From the IMG/VR virus record IMGVR_UViG_3300034375_009028: 64,000 nucleotides of DNA; one strand, 5' to 3'. The stretch's first letter is position 1. Each line of letters opens with the position of its first letter. The notes under the pieces were generated by a model. It did no database searches and had not been told where the DNA came from. It worked only from the letters and a program-made list of their open reading frames with translations. The stretch is from a virus. Taxonomy: Duplodnaviria > Caudoviricetes. Positions 21,701 through 29,106 of the stretch are shown here, one piece after another. The translations under genes were made by a program, and so were the position numbers.

Positions 21701-22852
21701 AATCTCAGTTCTATTTGCTTCAATCGACTCACTAGCATCTACATATCTACCAGGAGCAACTGTTCTTGTCTCAAAAATGTATCCATAGTTACCAGTTGGA
21801 TACTCAAGTTGAGTAGCTCCACCATCAGAATCACATGTGAATCCAAGACCAGCGATGGTAACTCCCATACCAACGCTTAACTTATGCTCTCTATCGAGAA
21901 CAAATGTACCAATACCTGTTCTAAAGTCGTACTTAGCATCAACGACATTCATTACAGGAGCGTTTGCATCAACTTTAATCTTAAAGACAGATGCATCAAC
22001 TCCAGCTGCAGTGGTTACAATACCAGTATACTTGAGAGGTCCAACGCCATCAGCGACAAGACCGAAGTTACCGAATGATGAGTTAGAGTTGGTAAGGTCG
22101 CAAGCACCACCTGACTGACAAAGGATTGCGGTATCTGAACAGATGGTGAACATGGACACCAACTGAGCGAATGCTTCGTTGAAGATCTTAGCGCCTAAAC
22201 CACCTGGGTTAATCTGGGTATAGGAGTCAAGAACCATGGACTTAATAGGTCCAATAGCATATTCACCATCAATATTCAGACCAATTGTGCCTGGAATAAA
22301 GTTGGTGCAGTTTTGAATATATGGCGACTGATCAATATAAGGAACAACTTCTGGGTTAAATGTAACAATAGCACCATTAGACTTTTGCTCAGGTCCAATG
22401 AATGACATTTCTGCAATGTAGCATCCATTGTCTAACCAGAACAAGTCTCCTTGATTTTTTGGAGTAACCGTAACTTCACGAAGTGAGTCTCCAACGACTG
22501 ATACGTTATCGGGAAGTACGATTGGGTTATCTTCTAGATAAACTCCAGCACTAATTTTAATAACTGTTCCTGGGACAGACTCTGCGACGGCAGCTTTAAT
22601 GGTTCTTTTTGCGTCTCCGAGTTTCTTACCTGTGTTGTTGTCGTTACCATCTTGCGTTACATATAGGACATTTATTACCGTTGCTCCAGCACCGACTCTA
22701 ACGATGTCCGTTCCAATGCCAGGACGTTCTCTAGCAATGTAAATCTCGCCATCATTAGTGTTGATGGCGATTTCACCTAATGGAAGGTCAGAAACTGACG
22801 GTATTTTGTTTGGTACAGAAGATCTTTTAAATCTAATCTTAGGATTTGCCAT
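12761..22852 (-). CDS. Giant tail-fibre-like virion protein, 3363 aa, with nested repeats
   Basis: N-terminal KIRFKRSS...LGEIAINTNDG fibre-attachment motif, a beta-helix-like region (YVTQDGNDNN..AKRTIKAA), 12 RF.DSYRLIQQN repeats, 12 KC.RD / AC.DVQ repeats and 5 T.A.Y..TGD...H...FTC beta units. Confidence 0.85.
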   Translation of the reverse strand: MANPKIRFKRSSVPNKIPSVSDLPLGEIAINTNDGEIYIARERPGIGTDIVRVGAGATVINVLYVTQDGNDNNTGKKLGDAKRTIKAAVAESVPGTVIKISAGVYLEDNPIVLPDNVSVVGDSLREVTVTPKNQGDLFWLDNGCYIAEMSFIGPEQKSNGAIVTFNPEVVPYIDQSPYIQNCTNFIPGTIGLNIDGEYAIGPIKSMVLDSYTQINPGGLGAKIFNEAFAQLVSMFTICSDTAILCQSGGACDLTNSNSSFGNFGLVADGVGPLKYTGIVTTAAGVDASVFKIKVDANAPVMNVVDAKYDFRTGIGTFVLDREHKLSVGMGVTIAGLGFTCDSDGGATQLEYPTGNYGYIFETRTVAPGRYVDASESIEANRTEILDKSLASIAFKHPDFYFPGEAQTNASSRFYDSYRLIQQNKQEIVDRSLAEISVNHPDFYFPNDLQTNARSRFFDSYRLIQQNKQEIIDRSLASISLENPDFYFPDSSRNRFKDSYNLVNANRDELIDKSLATISLYHPDFFFPDDPETNERSRFFDSYRLILDNKQEIVDKALAGISFKYDMFDYFLFPGDTETTSRSRFYDSYRLIQQNKQEIVDKSLASVALNYDQFYFPGDLETNARSRFADSYRLIQQNKQEIIDKSLGAIAIDHPDFYFPGDDQTTGRSRFYDSYRLIQQNRQEIVDKSLAAIALDYHVSAGVGKTFAFPGDEYTNARSRFFDSYRLIQTNRRELIDRSIGNIVVNYDQYPTDWVFPGDDVTNARSRYYDSYRLIQKNKTDIVNAAWLATRNQYPAILSTETKCKRDLGYFVDAVSLDVLTGGNSYSQDFTLQYFANNQLITNGIDGEEVQSIYAFNQARDKMYEAITNNLSYTDAGITTAPGASSNSDSAACQDVQDTIATLVLIITEAIANEQTGSFAATRNVGYFAQAGIGTTSTPGGFKCARDIGYFIDSVSTDVFTGGNVYSREFILEYFDDGTGQPIGEGLYEEELQSLYGFIGAGEFMKDAITNQLYTKNLGISSGPAVYNGPGIAYTVYQSGNADACQDVQDTIDTLVGIVTSVVGLGTTATAGDVTATINQGYFVASDAGTPVVGFGTTSSPGGFKCARDTGFFIDAISIDLFTAGNYYSDGFALQYFDNAAPIINGLLGEEGPSIVAFEAAGEYMKDAITNQLFNKDVGISSGTAYFGVGSTNIPVLRSGNENACLDVQDNIDSLVGIVTVAVGLGTTGQLPTTTGALDLGEFNQSLGISTFSPGGFTCGRDIRFLVDAISTDLFTGGNAYAAGFLRNQFKAAAGWKPTDATYDPATGDFTAIIGAGHPLQTNDVIYLDKEGFTFTCAMDGNKTEHSLPTIGQLAYTNGLTITGTSATSFTVNVGASGTDWSFNPTAATYDPATGDFTVTVGEHSLSVGEGVIIEDNSFTFSCAMDGFQAQKTYPRPGIDPFAGRSVKITSVTSDTLTVNVGASGPNKYFTPTAADYNAATGDLTVTVGQHGLGVGRGVILEDNSFVFTCDQDGNATQHSYPRSTDPISGVSTSITAVGMSTHTVTNATYDAASGDVVLTVASHGFTKGDYIKLDDASLTFTCVLDDNTVSKAYPRAGYDYASGRWLEISEVTPNTFKINIGASSYTGAHTFVSATANGLKKQTGTFTINVGDAGIAAGSVHTFVYAEGNAIRHEPQTTHQFVSADAGAVKHLPQSAHTFVRATTDSVKSYEPAYRGWITSGLAGEEAPSNSAFIAAGGLIKKALTNQLYRKDVGISSGAATYGGAGGDIPVLPSGNINSCQDVQDNVDTLVGIVTAVVGLGTTATFADAPTSINSGYYDVTAGIGTTSSPGGFKCARDLGFLVDAVSTDIHAGGNTYTRDFSLLYFDGAGNPISNGLVGEEAQSLIAFESASGYMKQAITNQLNAKDVGISSGKAAFNGPGGNIPVLLSGNAEACTDVQAAIENLVGIATVAVGLGTTTSLPAETKGNFLINTDPFTKLTIQNTAGFGNTTPGGVKCARDVGYLVDALAIDVFTGGNSYSRDFTLFYFDGAGNPTTNGLLGEEAPSIVAFDFVADLAKKAVTNQLNRKDVGISSGPATYVGGGTSEAVLPSGNANACQDVQDNIDTIVGIVTVAIGAGATTGLPTLNEGYFNQAGIGTTSSPGGFKCARDLGYLADAVAGDLYTGGNKNIVGFALSYFDGAGNPITNGLLGEESESVTAFTAFGDLSRAAVTNQLNAQDLTLSPDWVTGDNRNPDSCADVQNFIENLVGIATVAVGLGTTTSLPVVNKGFDERDDEQYRYFDSYRLIQQNRQEVIDRSIGSIAQGYDAYDTFFFPGDLEENARSRFYDAYRMIQLNKDVIVGLAFTDAVNNPNFNAFNFSAVEDKCKRDTGFFIDAISLDVLIGANKYATEFTLQYFDGAGNPITGGLVGEEDESIFVFQAAAKYMKNALTNNLVGAAYSDLTVSAGGTYFGVGSDVTNTDPTACLDIQDQVDTLTGIVTATVAAGNTTGLPTITGGIFDQSVSAGATTPGGYKCARDIGFFVDAVSTDVFIAGNKYSQEFTLQYFNESGAVYIDGGEVAPTVVGLGGAGEFMKDALTNQLYRKDVGISSGPATYGGPGVAHTVFISGNALACQDVQDNVDTLVGIVTVALGAGTTASLSGLTYNTGIFDRASGIGSTENPGGYKCARDLGFLIDAVATDVFSGGNIYSRGFSEQYYYADGTKIRGGLEGEEVPSLTAFRYSGEFMKDAITNQLYRKDLTLSTGPANYGGVGIVTYTASGNENTCQDVQGNIDNLVGIITTVIGAGNTSDLYDGTIGVTEGYFTLNLGEFGQTVGFGTTAGDLVGLGTTSSPGGYKCARDIGYLVDAVATDVFVGGNTYSKDFARQYFDGNGRPITPGLNAEKTESVTAFIAAGDLMAKAVSNQLYAKDLTLTFGPEVYGSGGYTVVYTRSGNPDACQDVQDFISNRIGIITESIGIGTLTTLDNYVDNPGSFLDQENKCRRDIGYFVTSVRDDLENSTNANTIAAVNYYFDEEGEPLAKGLLGEEVETVTAFRASADYMQLAINNQLNNKNFDLLDDAAYGSNNTPEACQNVQDTIDNLIGIATDAILKGEPSPVRISAASTFFTANVGKGPFAHYYTPGSGGTVQINAQRPFDGQVAVFDKLYYQLDKIQVTNGGSGYTETPEVTIADPTTEWGVPAQAIATVENGSVISVEVVSSGRGFVVPPAVSIAAPQGAGGVQARIVPSIYPSYFTVSKATLPDKVTGISTVTFDTQVPYDVGVGMDVYFYKQSRVLASSHAFEYIGSGINVKTALPQNGGVTIPENETVNLNGGLVVFTSTDQSGNFKIGDGLIINQNTGTISGTSYSKSLFSTLTPFILALGGE

Positions 22853-22886
22853 TAACCCAATTGCAGAAAGTTGTTTTTGTTAATTT

Positions 22887-22894
22887 TATTTATA
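22887..22894 (-). promoter_or_regulatory. T4-type late promoter TATAAATA
   Basis: Perfect consensus 35 nt upstream of the giant ORF start. Confidence 0.8.
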
Positions 22895-22905
22895 ATAAAG
22901 ACGAC

Positions 22906-23418
22906 TCAAGCGCCATATACGCCACAATCTAGTGTGATATTTGTTAGCAGTCTCTCTTCATTTACACAATCAATAACTTGAGACTTTCCAGCACAGTCAT
23001 TAATCCAAAGAGCACCTGCTTCAATAGCAGCGTATGCTTCAGGAATAACACTGTTGCCGTCTAGCTCCGCACGCTGAACGAACTTCATTCTGTCATCATC
23101 ATTATCATAATACATTACTGCTTTCTCTGATGCATTGGTAGCAGTATCAAAGTAGTTCAGAACAACACCAACATCATTACCTAAATCTTGAGATGGTGGA
23201 ACTAACTCACCAGTTTCGGGATCATCTACAAGACCAAGCTCAATCAGAGGGTCTCTAAGTGTAAAGGTCTCAGAATCTACTAGGAATCTACCACCATCAA
23301 TTAAGAGGTCTCCTGTAATATTAGCATTACCAATAACTGTCAAAACTGTTTCATTATCGGTATAATCTTCTATACCGATAGTCAATTCCCTCTGAGTTGG
23401 GCTTAAATATTTTGCCAT
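22906..23418 (-). CDS. Virion structural protein, 170 aa
   Basis: Shares an N-terminal MAKYLS...IG...YTD.ET.L.V.GN motif with the 703-aa and 672-aa ORFs; ends LDCGVY; GATAAATA upstream at 23447-23454. Confidence 0.7.
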   Translation of the reverse strand: MAKYLSPTQRELTIGIEDYTDNETVLTVIGNANITGDLLIDGGRFLVDSETFTLRDPLIELGLVDDPETGELVPPSQDLGNDVGVVLNYFDTATNASEKAVMYYDNDDDRMKFVQRAELDGNSVIPEAYAAIEAGALWINDCAGKSQVIDCVNEERLLTNITLDCGVYGA

Positions 23419-23471
23419 TGTTGGAATCTTACGGGTTTTGTATTATTATTTATCGAAAGTATATTTCTAAA

Positions 23472-23987
23472 TCAATATTCTCCACCGTCAAAGTCGATTC
23501 TATTATCAAGATCAACATCAAGTTGATCAAGAAGCTCATCTGGAAGACCAGGCTCAATAGGATCTGTGACAGATGCTCTAAGAACTTCATCTGGATTCTT
23601 AACAGTATACTTGCCAGTAGATGCATCGTATATAATAATGTAGTTATTTTGCTCATTAGTAGAATCAACATCAGAAAGATTTCTGAATTGTGGAGAGACT
23701 ACATTACTGAAGTAATCAATAACCTCTTGTGGCAATCCAGGTTGATTTGGTTCAGATATAACTGCAGAAGATAATACTTGGTCTGGGTTAACAGACTTAT
23801 ATGTCGCTGTTGCAGAGTCATACATTAATACATACTGATCACTCTGATTTGACAAATCAACGTCTTGAAGATCTGCTAATTTTCTAGCCATAATTATTCC
23901 TGATCTTGTTGTGACATTGTACTTTCTTGTGGTCTTTGCTCCTACCGTTACTCCATAACTAATTGATCCTAGGATTCTATTACTCAT
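23472..23987 (-). CDS. Virion structural protein with internal duplication, 171 aa
   Basis: Two copies of L.DVD...Q...Y...YD..T..Y...NPD.VL..V...P..PGLP; ends DFDGGEY. Confidence 0.7.
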   Translation of the reverse strand: MSNRILGSISYGVTVGAKTTRKYNVTTRSGIIMARKLADLQDVDLSNQSDQYVLMYDSATATYKSVNPDQVLSSAVISEPNQPGLPQEVIDYFSNVVSPQFRNLSDVDSTNEQNNYIIIYDASTGKYTVKNPDEVLRASVTDPIEPGLPDELLDQLDVDLDNRIDFDGGEY

Positions 23988-24325
23988 CTGGTCGTGTCCT
24001 CCACAATTACAGTTCCAGTGATAACCCTAACAACAAAATCTAATTCAGTATTTTCAATAAAAATATCAAATTGATTTCTACCAGAAGGTAGAGTAGAAGT
24101 CATTGTTCTCCCCATAGATATATTAACTTCAGAGTCTGCAGTAGTAATTCCAACCTTAAATGGATACTCTTTGGGAGAAGATGGATGTTTTTTTAATATT
24201 GCTATTGCATTAGAATATAAGAGGTTCAATGGACCTCCATCATCGCCTGTTAAAAAGAAGGAAGATTCAAAATCAGTTCCTTTTTCTATGACTAGATTAA
24301 CTATGGAAGCCGAACCTGCTGTCAT
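23984..24325 (-). CDS. Small baseplate or fibre adaptor-like protein, 113 aa
   Basis: NLVIEKGTDF motif typical of small phage beta-sandwich structural proteins; GATAAATA at 24350-24357. Confidence 0.6.
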   Translation of the reverse strand: MTAGSASIVNLVIEKGTDFESSFFLTGDDGGPLNLLYSNAIAILKKHPSSPKEYPFKVGITTADSEVNISMGRTMTSTLPSGRNQFDIFIENTELDFVVRVITGTVIVEDTTR

Positions 24326-24361
24326 TGTACTATGATTAGATTTTTGAACTATTTATCGAAT

Positions 24362-24991
24362 TCAGTAGCTTCCACCATCAAAATCTGTTAACGCTCCGAT
24401 ACCACCAACATATCTCCATCCTTTTATGTAAACATCAGACCCACCAGATATTAATCCAGGAACATTATCACCTGAGAAATTTAAAACACCAGAAGAATAG
24501 TCAAAGAACCATTCATCATTACTTCCACTACCACCTGCAGAAAGTTTAATGCCCCCAGCATTTGGGTCTCCAGCATAAACCTCTACGATATAATCTGGTC
24601 CGTATTGTGTGTCTATCCAATTAATAACATTGATAGAACTATTATCACCATATACAGATCTTGCAATAAAACTTCTTCTACCACCAACCGTATTATCTTC
24701 TGTCATTCTAAATGCATTTGTCTGCCCATAAACTTCTATCAATTTGTATGATGGATATCTCCAATCGTCAGGAATGATAATTAAGTCTGTTGTTGGAGGA
24801 GTAACTGGTATTAATCCAGACTCAAACCACAATCCATTATTTGATATGATTAAAGGTGATGGAAGTGCCTCAGCAAATGGTGCCTTCTTTGTTCCTGAAA
24901 TACTAGAATCTTCAGCAATTCCTGTCTTTGATGAGGAATAACCTAACTTTTTTAAAAGGTAGTCAACCTTTTGTTGGATTGAAATTGCCAT
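24362..24991 (-). CDS. Free-standing paralog of the collagen fibre N-terminal domain, 209 aa
   Basis: QQKVDYLLKKLGYSSSKTGIAEDSSISGTKKAPFAEALPSPL versus EQKLDFLLKKIGYTASKTGIAEDSTLSGTKKAPFAEAIPSPL at 9843. Confidence 0.8.
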   Translation of the reverse strand: MAISIQQKVDYLLKKLGYSSSKTGIAEDSSISGTKKAPFAEALPSPLIISNNGLWFESGLIPVTPPTTDLIIIPDDWRYPSYKLIEVYGQTNAFRMTEDNTVGGRRSFIARSVYGDNSSINVINWIDTQYGPDYIVEVYAGDPNAGGIKLSAGGSGSNDEWFFDYSSGVLNFSGDNVPGLISGGSDVYIKGWRYVGGIGALTDFDGGSY

Positions 24992-25009
24992 TTCTTTTAG
25001 ATCTTAGTA

Positions 25010-27028
25010 TTAGGTATTTCTAAATGACAAAGTGTTGATCTGATTTCCAGAATTCAATTTAAATCTAACTAGAATTCTATTGTTAGCATCATTTGACGAT
25101 GACTCAGTTCCAAATACTGCAGTAAAGGTTCCTGTAGATCCTGTCATATTACCAGCAAATGCTGCTCCAGGAAGAGCAGTTGTTGGAATACCAGAACCAC
25201 GGTATGCTTGGAACATATCTGCCCAACCATTAGTACCAGATAAAGATGAAGTCCATGCAGGATTATCAGGCATACAAATCCAACATCCTGTATAAGAACC
25301 ATTAACTACAATTTCAAACTCAGAGACATTAGATCTTATAAACTGCATTTGAAAATATTGTGATCCTGTTCTACCTACAGAGTAATCTGGTCCAACTGGA
25401 AGATGACCTGTGGAATAATTTGTTTGGTCATGCTTCAAGTCTCCACCAACAACAACAGCTTCGTAGGTTGGCATAGTATTAGAAGCAACCCAAGTGGTAT
25501 AAACAGGAGTTGGATTATCCCCAGCAGATCCAGCATTTACTCTAACTGCATTTCCAGATCCAGTTCCCAAAGTTTGAACTAAAATATTATCTTCATCAAT
25601 CACATTTGTTCTAGCAGTTGTACCCATAATATTTACAATTTGTGGTATAGTCGCACGTACAACATCAGATCCATAAGGAGTTGATGCAGTATAGTTTGAA
25701 AACTTTTGGTTATCTGCAGTTACTCTAATATGAAGATCTCTAGGTGTCTGTGAAACTGTACAAGTAACTCCAACACCAACTCCAAAATTTCTTACTGGTG
25801 GATTAACTCCATTAGTAAAATCTGTATAAGATTTATTACCACCATTCTGGAATCCTGTAGTTTGTCCAGAAGAAGTTAAGAATGTATTGTTAGAATACAT
25901 ATCACCAGTTGCATTCTGGCAAATGATCTCATAAAAGAATGCATTGTTAGATGCTTGTGTATAATGAGGAATTCCAGAAGAATAATTAAATGTTGGTGAA
26001 GGTGGAGTTATTGGAGTTGTTGAGATTAGGACTGGTGCAGATACTGCACTCGGATCTTCATAGTACAAATATTTTTCAGACTCATAGATATTTGTATCTA
26101 CCTGATGTTGAATATATGCCATATTAAAGCCATTGGGTGAATTGGCATTTAATATTCTAGAATCATAAACCTCATAAAAATCCGATGCAATACCAGTATT
26201 TCTAGATGAGAAGAATGCATCTTTATCATTTAAGATTTCTAATGCACCATAAACTCCATCATCACTAGTAGCATCGTTAGTAATACTATTGTCTGGATTG
26301 ATGACATCGTTACTTGTCATCATTCTTTGCCCCTCAACACTGAAGTTGATCATTGCATTTACATTGCCTTGATCTCCAGGACCATACTCAGTTAACCAAG
26401 TAGAGGTAACTGAGTTGCTGGTATTTCTTGGGTATTGTGTTCCAGCAGAAGGAGAAAAAACACCAACAGTATTATTTGTAAACGCAAATCCAGAACAAAG
26501 TCTTGCAACTCCAAGTCCAACCAGATCCAAAGGTGCATTTAAAACTGTTGCTGGTGGTTTTGGAACTAGTTTACCAAGAATAAAGTTTATATCATTGATA
26601 GAATTTTTGGTAAAATCGTCAATCTCAATTTCAACTGCTCCAGGTTTAAATCCACCATCAGGTTCTCCAAACCTCAATGGACCATAGTATTCTCCAGCAG
26701 AAACAAAATTGTTAACATCTACATAGTCCCTAAAAATTGTAGGACCATTTACATCTAAATCTCTTTCTGGAGATGCTGTGGTATTACCAATAGATACCTT
26801 TCCCCTAAAGCTACTAACTCCAGAGACAACAGTATCATTTGATTTGAGAGTAGTATCAACATTTAAAACTCCAGAAACTAAACCATCTCCCTGAACGTGG
26901 AAGTCTGACTTAGCTTCTGAAGTTTTTATACCGACATTACCAGTTACCTGAAGAGCAGTTTCATTGTCAGTATATGAGGCAACACCTACTCTTAGTTTTC
27001 TGTTTAGTTGACTTAAGTATTTTGCCAT
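25010..27028 (-). CDS. Virion structural protein, 672 aa, paralog of 9864-11975
   Basis: Colinear similarity to the 703-aa ORF; late-promoter-like TAAATA boxes at 27071-27082. Confidence 0.75.
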   Translation of the reverse strand: MAKYLSQLNRKLRVGVASYTDNETALQVTGNVGIKTSEAKSDFHVQGDGLVSGVLNVDTTLKSNDTVVSGVSSFRGKVSIGNTTASPERDLDVNGPTIFRDYVDVNNFVSAGEYYGPLRFGEPDGGFKPGAVEIEIDDFTKNSINDINFILGKLVPKPPATVLNAPLDLVGLGVARLCSGFAFTNNTVGVFSPSAGTQYPRNTSNSVTSTWLTEYGPGDQGNVNAMINFSVEGQRMMTSNDVINPDNSITNDATSDDGVYGALEILNDKDAFFSSRNTGIASDFYEVYDSRILNANSPNGFNMAYIQHQVDTNIYESEKYLYYEDPSAVSAPVLISTTPITPPSPTFNYSSGIPHYTQASNNAFFYEIICQNATGDMYSNNTFLTSSGQTTGFQNGGNKSYTDFTNGVNPPVRNFGVGVGVTCTVSQTPRDLHIRVTADNQKFSNYTASTPYGSDVVRATIPQIVNIMGTTARTNVIDEDNILVQTLGTGSGNAVRVNAGSAGDNPTPVYTTWVASNTMPTYEAVVVGGDLKHDQTNYSTGHLPVGPDYSVGRTGSQYFQMQFIRSNVSEFEIVVNGSYTGCWICMPDNPAWTSSLSGTNGWADMFQAYRGSGIPTTALPGAAFAGNMTGSTGTFTAVFGTESSSNDANNRILVRFKLNSGNQINTLSFRNT

Positions 27029-27077
27029 TGAATCAAAGTTATGGGTTACTTCATGACAAAATTGATCGTATATTTAT

Positions 27078-27605
27078 TTATGTCTTACTCTGCTTGTCAA
27101 ATTCAAACATTCCATGTTCAGATCCCCAAACCATTTTTTTAGTCTCTGGATCATAACCTCTATCAATGACTTTATACTTAGTTTTTGTTAATGCAGACAT
27201 AGTAAATAAGAAAGACTTTTTACCATTTCTCTCTACAATACAATCACATCCCATAATTCTACCAACATACTGATTGTTTTCTTTTATAAAAATACAATCA
27301 CAATTTTCATTTAATTCTAATTGATCCTCAGTAATTTGATCTAGATTTTTAAATTCAAGATGTTTTTTTCCATCTTTTACTTTATAACTTGAAACAATAA
27401 TTCTATCGTTTACTTCTTTAAAGTCTAAAACAAATTGCCTATAAGGAGGTTCTCCTCTAACAGTATATTTTTGTTCTCCATAAATCATACCATTATCTAA
27501 GAGAACATGACGTAAACTAATTTGGGAGTATTGAGATGGATAAGAGAATGCTTGCCTTCTATTATTAAAAGATCCAAGTAACCATTCTTTAAACTCTTCA
27601 ATCAT
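27078..27605 (-). CDS. cpeT: CpeT/CpcT-like (T-type) phycobilin lyase
   Basis: F.EWLLGSFNNRRQAFSYPSQY..I.L.H, YGEQ.Y.....PYRQF, GCDC.VER and VWGSEHG.F.F motifs. Confidence 0.85.
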   Translation of the reverse strand: MIEEFKEWLLGSFNNRRQAFSYPSQYSQISLRHVLLDNGMIYGEQKYTVRGEPPYRQFVLDFKEVNDRIIVSSYKVKDGKKHLEFKNLDQITEDQLELNENCDCIFIKENNQYVGRIMGCDCIVERNGKKSFLFTMSALTKTKYKVIDRGYDPETKKMVWGSEHGMFEFDKQSKT

Positions 27606-28297
27606 TCGGTACTTCCTCTCCTTGTACGACGTGTTAATGTAGAAAATAAAACTTTACCTATGGCAGAAATCAAATTACCTTCAATTTCATTAAACACATT
27701 CATATTTAATTTGAATGCATAATTTGCCTCTTCAATTATATCATCAATTTCATGTTGGTCAAAGGGCAATTCATCTAACACATTTCTATAATTAGTTTTA
27801 AATTCTTTCTCGTCTGGAATGTCAGTAAAAAGATAAAAGTTCATTCCTGCATCATCAACCTTCAATGCAGTTTGAGCAATACTTTTTAAGAGTTGTCCTC
27901 CAGACAAATCTCCAATATACCTAGTGTAATGATGTGCAATTAAAAGATCCTGATTAGACTTAGAGACTTCTTTAATTCTTGCAACATATTCTTTACAAGA
28001 CTTTGTTTGTGTAATTAAATCTCTCCAATCAATACCAAGATAATATTGCAAGTCTTTTTCTAAAGACTTTTTGCGGAACAATTCAGGATAATAAATGTTA
28101 CGCAAAATGGTATCACTTTTATGATTCTCAAACTCCTCTTCCATTGCAGAGTATATAAAATATAAATCTGAGAGAAGTCTAATATAAGATTTTTTTTCAA
28201 CAACCCCTTTTAAAAAGCAGGTAATAAATCCTGTGTTCTCTGCCATAGTATGGGACTTTTTAGTTCCCTCTCTAATTTGTTTAGATAGATCTGTCAT
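27602..28297 (-). CDS. ho1: Heme oxygenase (cyanobacterial ho1 type)
   Basis: REGTKKSHTMAENTGFI..FLKG (proximal His) and HHYTRYIGDLSGGQ. Confidence 0.95.
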   Translation of the reverse strand: MTDLSKQIREGTKKSHTMAENTGFITCFLKGVVEKKSYIRLLSDLYFIYSAMEEEFENHKSDTILRNIYYPELFRKKSLEKDLQYYLGIDWRDLITQTKSCKEYVARIKEVSKSNQDLLIAHHYTRYIGDLSGGQLLKSIAQTALKVDDAGMNFYLFTDIPDEKEFKTNYRNVLDELPFDQHEIDDIIEEANYAFKLNMNVFNEIEGNLISAIGKVLFSTLTRRTRRGSTE

Positions 28298-29106
28298 TTA
28301 TTTGCTCCAGGTTCAGAAACTTTTCCAAGGTAAGGATTGTAATCAGTAATTACATTAATATCAACTCTTGCTCCAGCAGTTTTCCAGAAATTCAAAATAC
28401 CTTCATAAGAATTTTTATGGAATTTATCTATATGATCTGGATGGATTGATGATCCCAATTGTAATGTATACAAAAGTATAGGAGCAGCGTAGGTTGCCCC
28501 AGAATTATAAATCAAATCATCAGCAACAGGACGAGGTTTAACACCATTATCAAGTTTATATTTATCACCCCTCACATGATTCCTAATAATTTTTTCTGCA
28601 TGGTGTCTAGTGATTACATAACATGCTGTAGAAAAATCATTCACAAACCGATTATGAATAGGAACTACAATATCCCCCGTGCAAATAATAGCAAGTTGCA
28701 AAACATCCCAAGCATAAGGAGCCCTAGCTACAAAATCTTGCCAGGTAAAATTCCAGTAAGATACAGTTTCTAGACTACAATCATCTTCCATGATAACAGC
28801 ATATGGAGAATCAGAAGTTTCATACCAATGCTTGATCGCCTTAATATGTGATGTCACACATCCAATCTCTCCAGAAGACATCATATCTGGATATTTTCCT
28901 TTGATAATATCACTAAGATCGTCATTCCTACCATCATAAGCAGATATACGATTATAGTTTTGTATACCCCAATATTTAAATTGGTCCTCCATGTACTGTC
29001 GTCTTTCAGTATCACTATCCATGTTTATATAATAGACAGGACCAAATCCACTAAGCTTATATTGTGCTTTGTTTTTATCTTCTGGAAAATTAAGCATGGC
29101 GTTCAA
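28294..29106 (-). CDS. Glycosyltransferase family 25-like
   Basis: YYINMD...ERRQYM, EIGCVTSHIKAI, VIMEDD. Confidence 0.8.
   Translation of the reverse strand: MNAMLNFPEDKNKAQYKLSGFGPVYYINMDSDTERRQYMEDQFKYWGIQNYNRISAYDGRNDDLSDIIKGKYPDMMSSGEIGCVTSHIKAIKHWYETSDSPYAVIMEDDCSLETVSYWNFTWQDFVARAPYAWDVLQLAIICTGDIVVPIHNRFVNDFSTACYVITRHHAEKIIRNHVRGDKYKLDNGVKPRPVADDLIYNSGATYAAPILLYTLQLGSSIHPDHIDKFHKNSYEGILNFWKTAGARVDINVITDYNPYLGKVSEPGANK

Noticed and set aside
12732-22118. Short ORFs inside or antisense to the 3363-aa gene
   Set aside because: They lack motifs and are expected from codon bias in a long gene.
9864-27028. DGR template/variable repeat interpretation of the duplicated genes
   Set aside because: No reverse transcriptase is in the window, and the paralogs diverge along their whole length rather than at adenines only.
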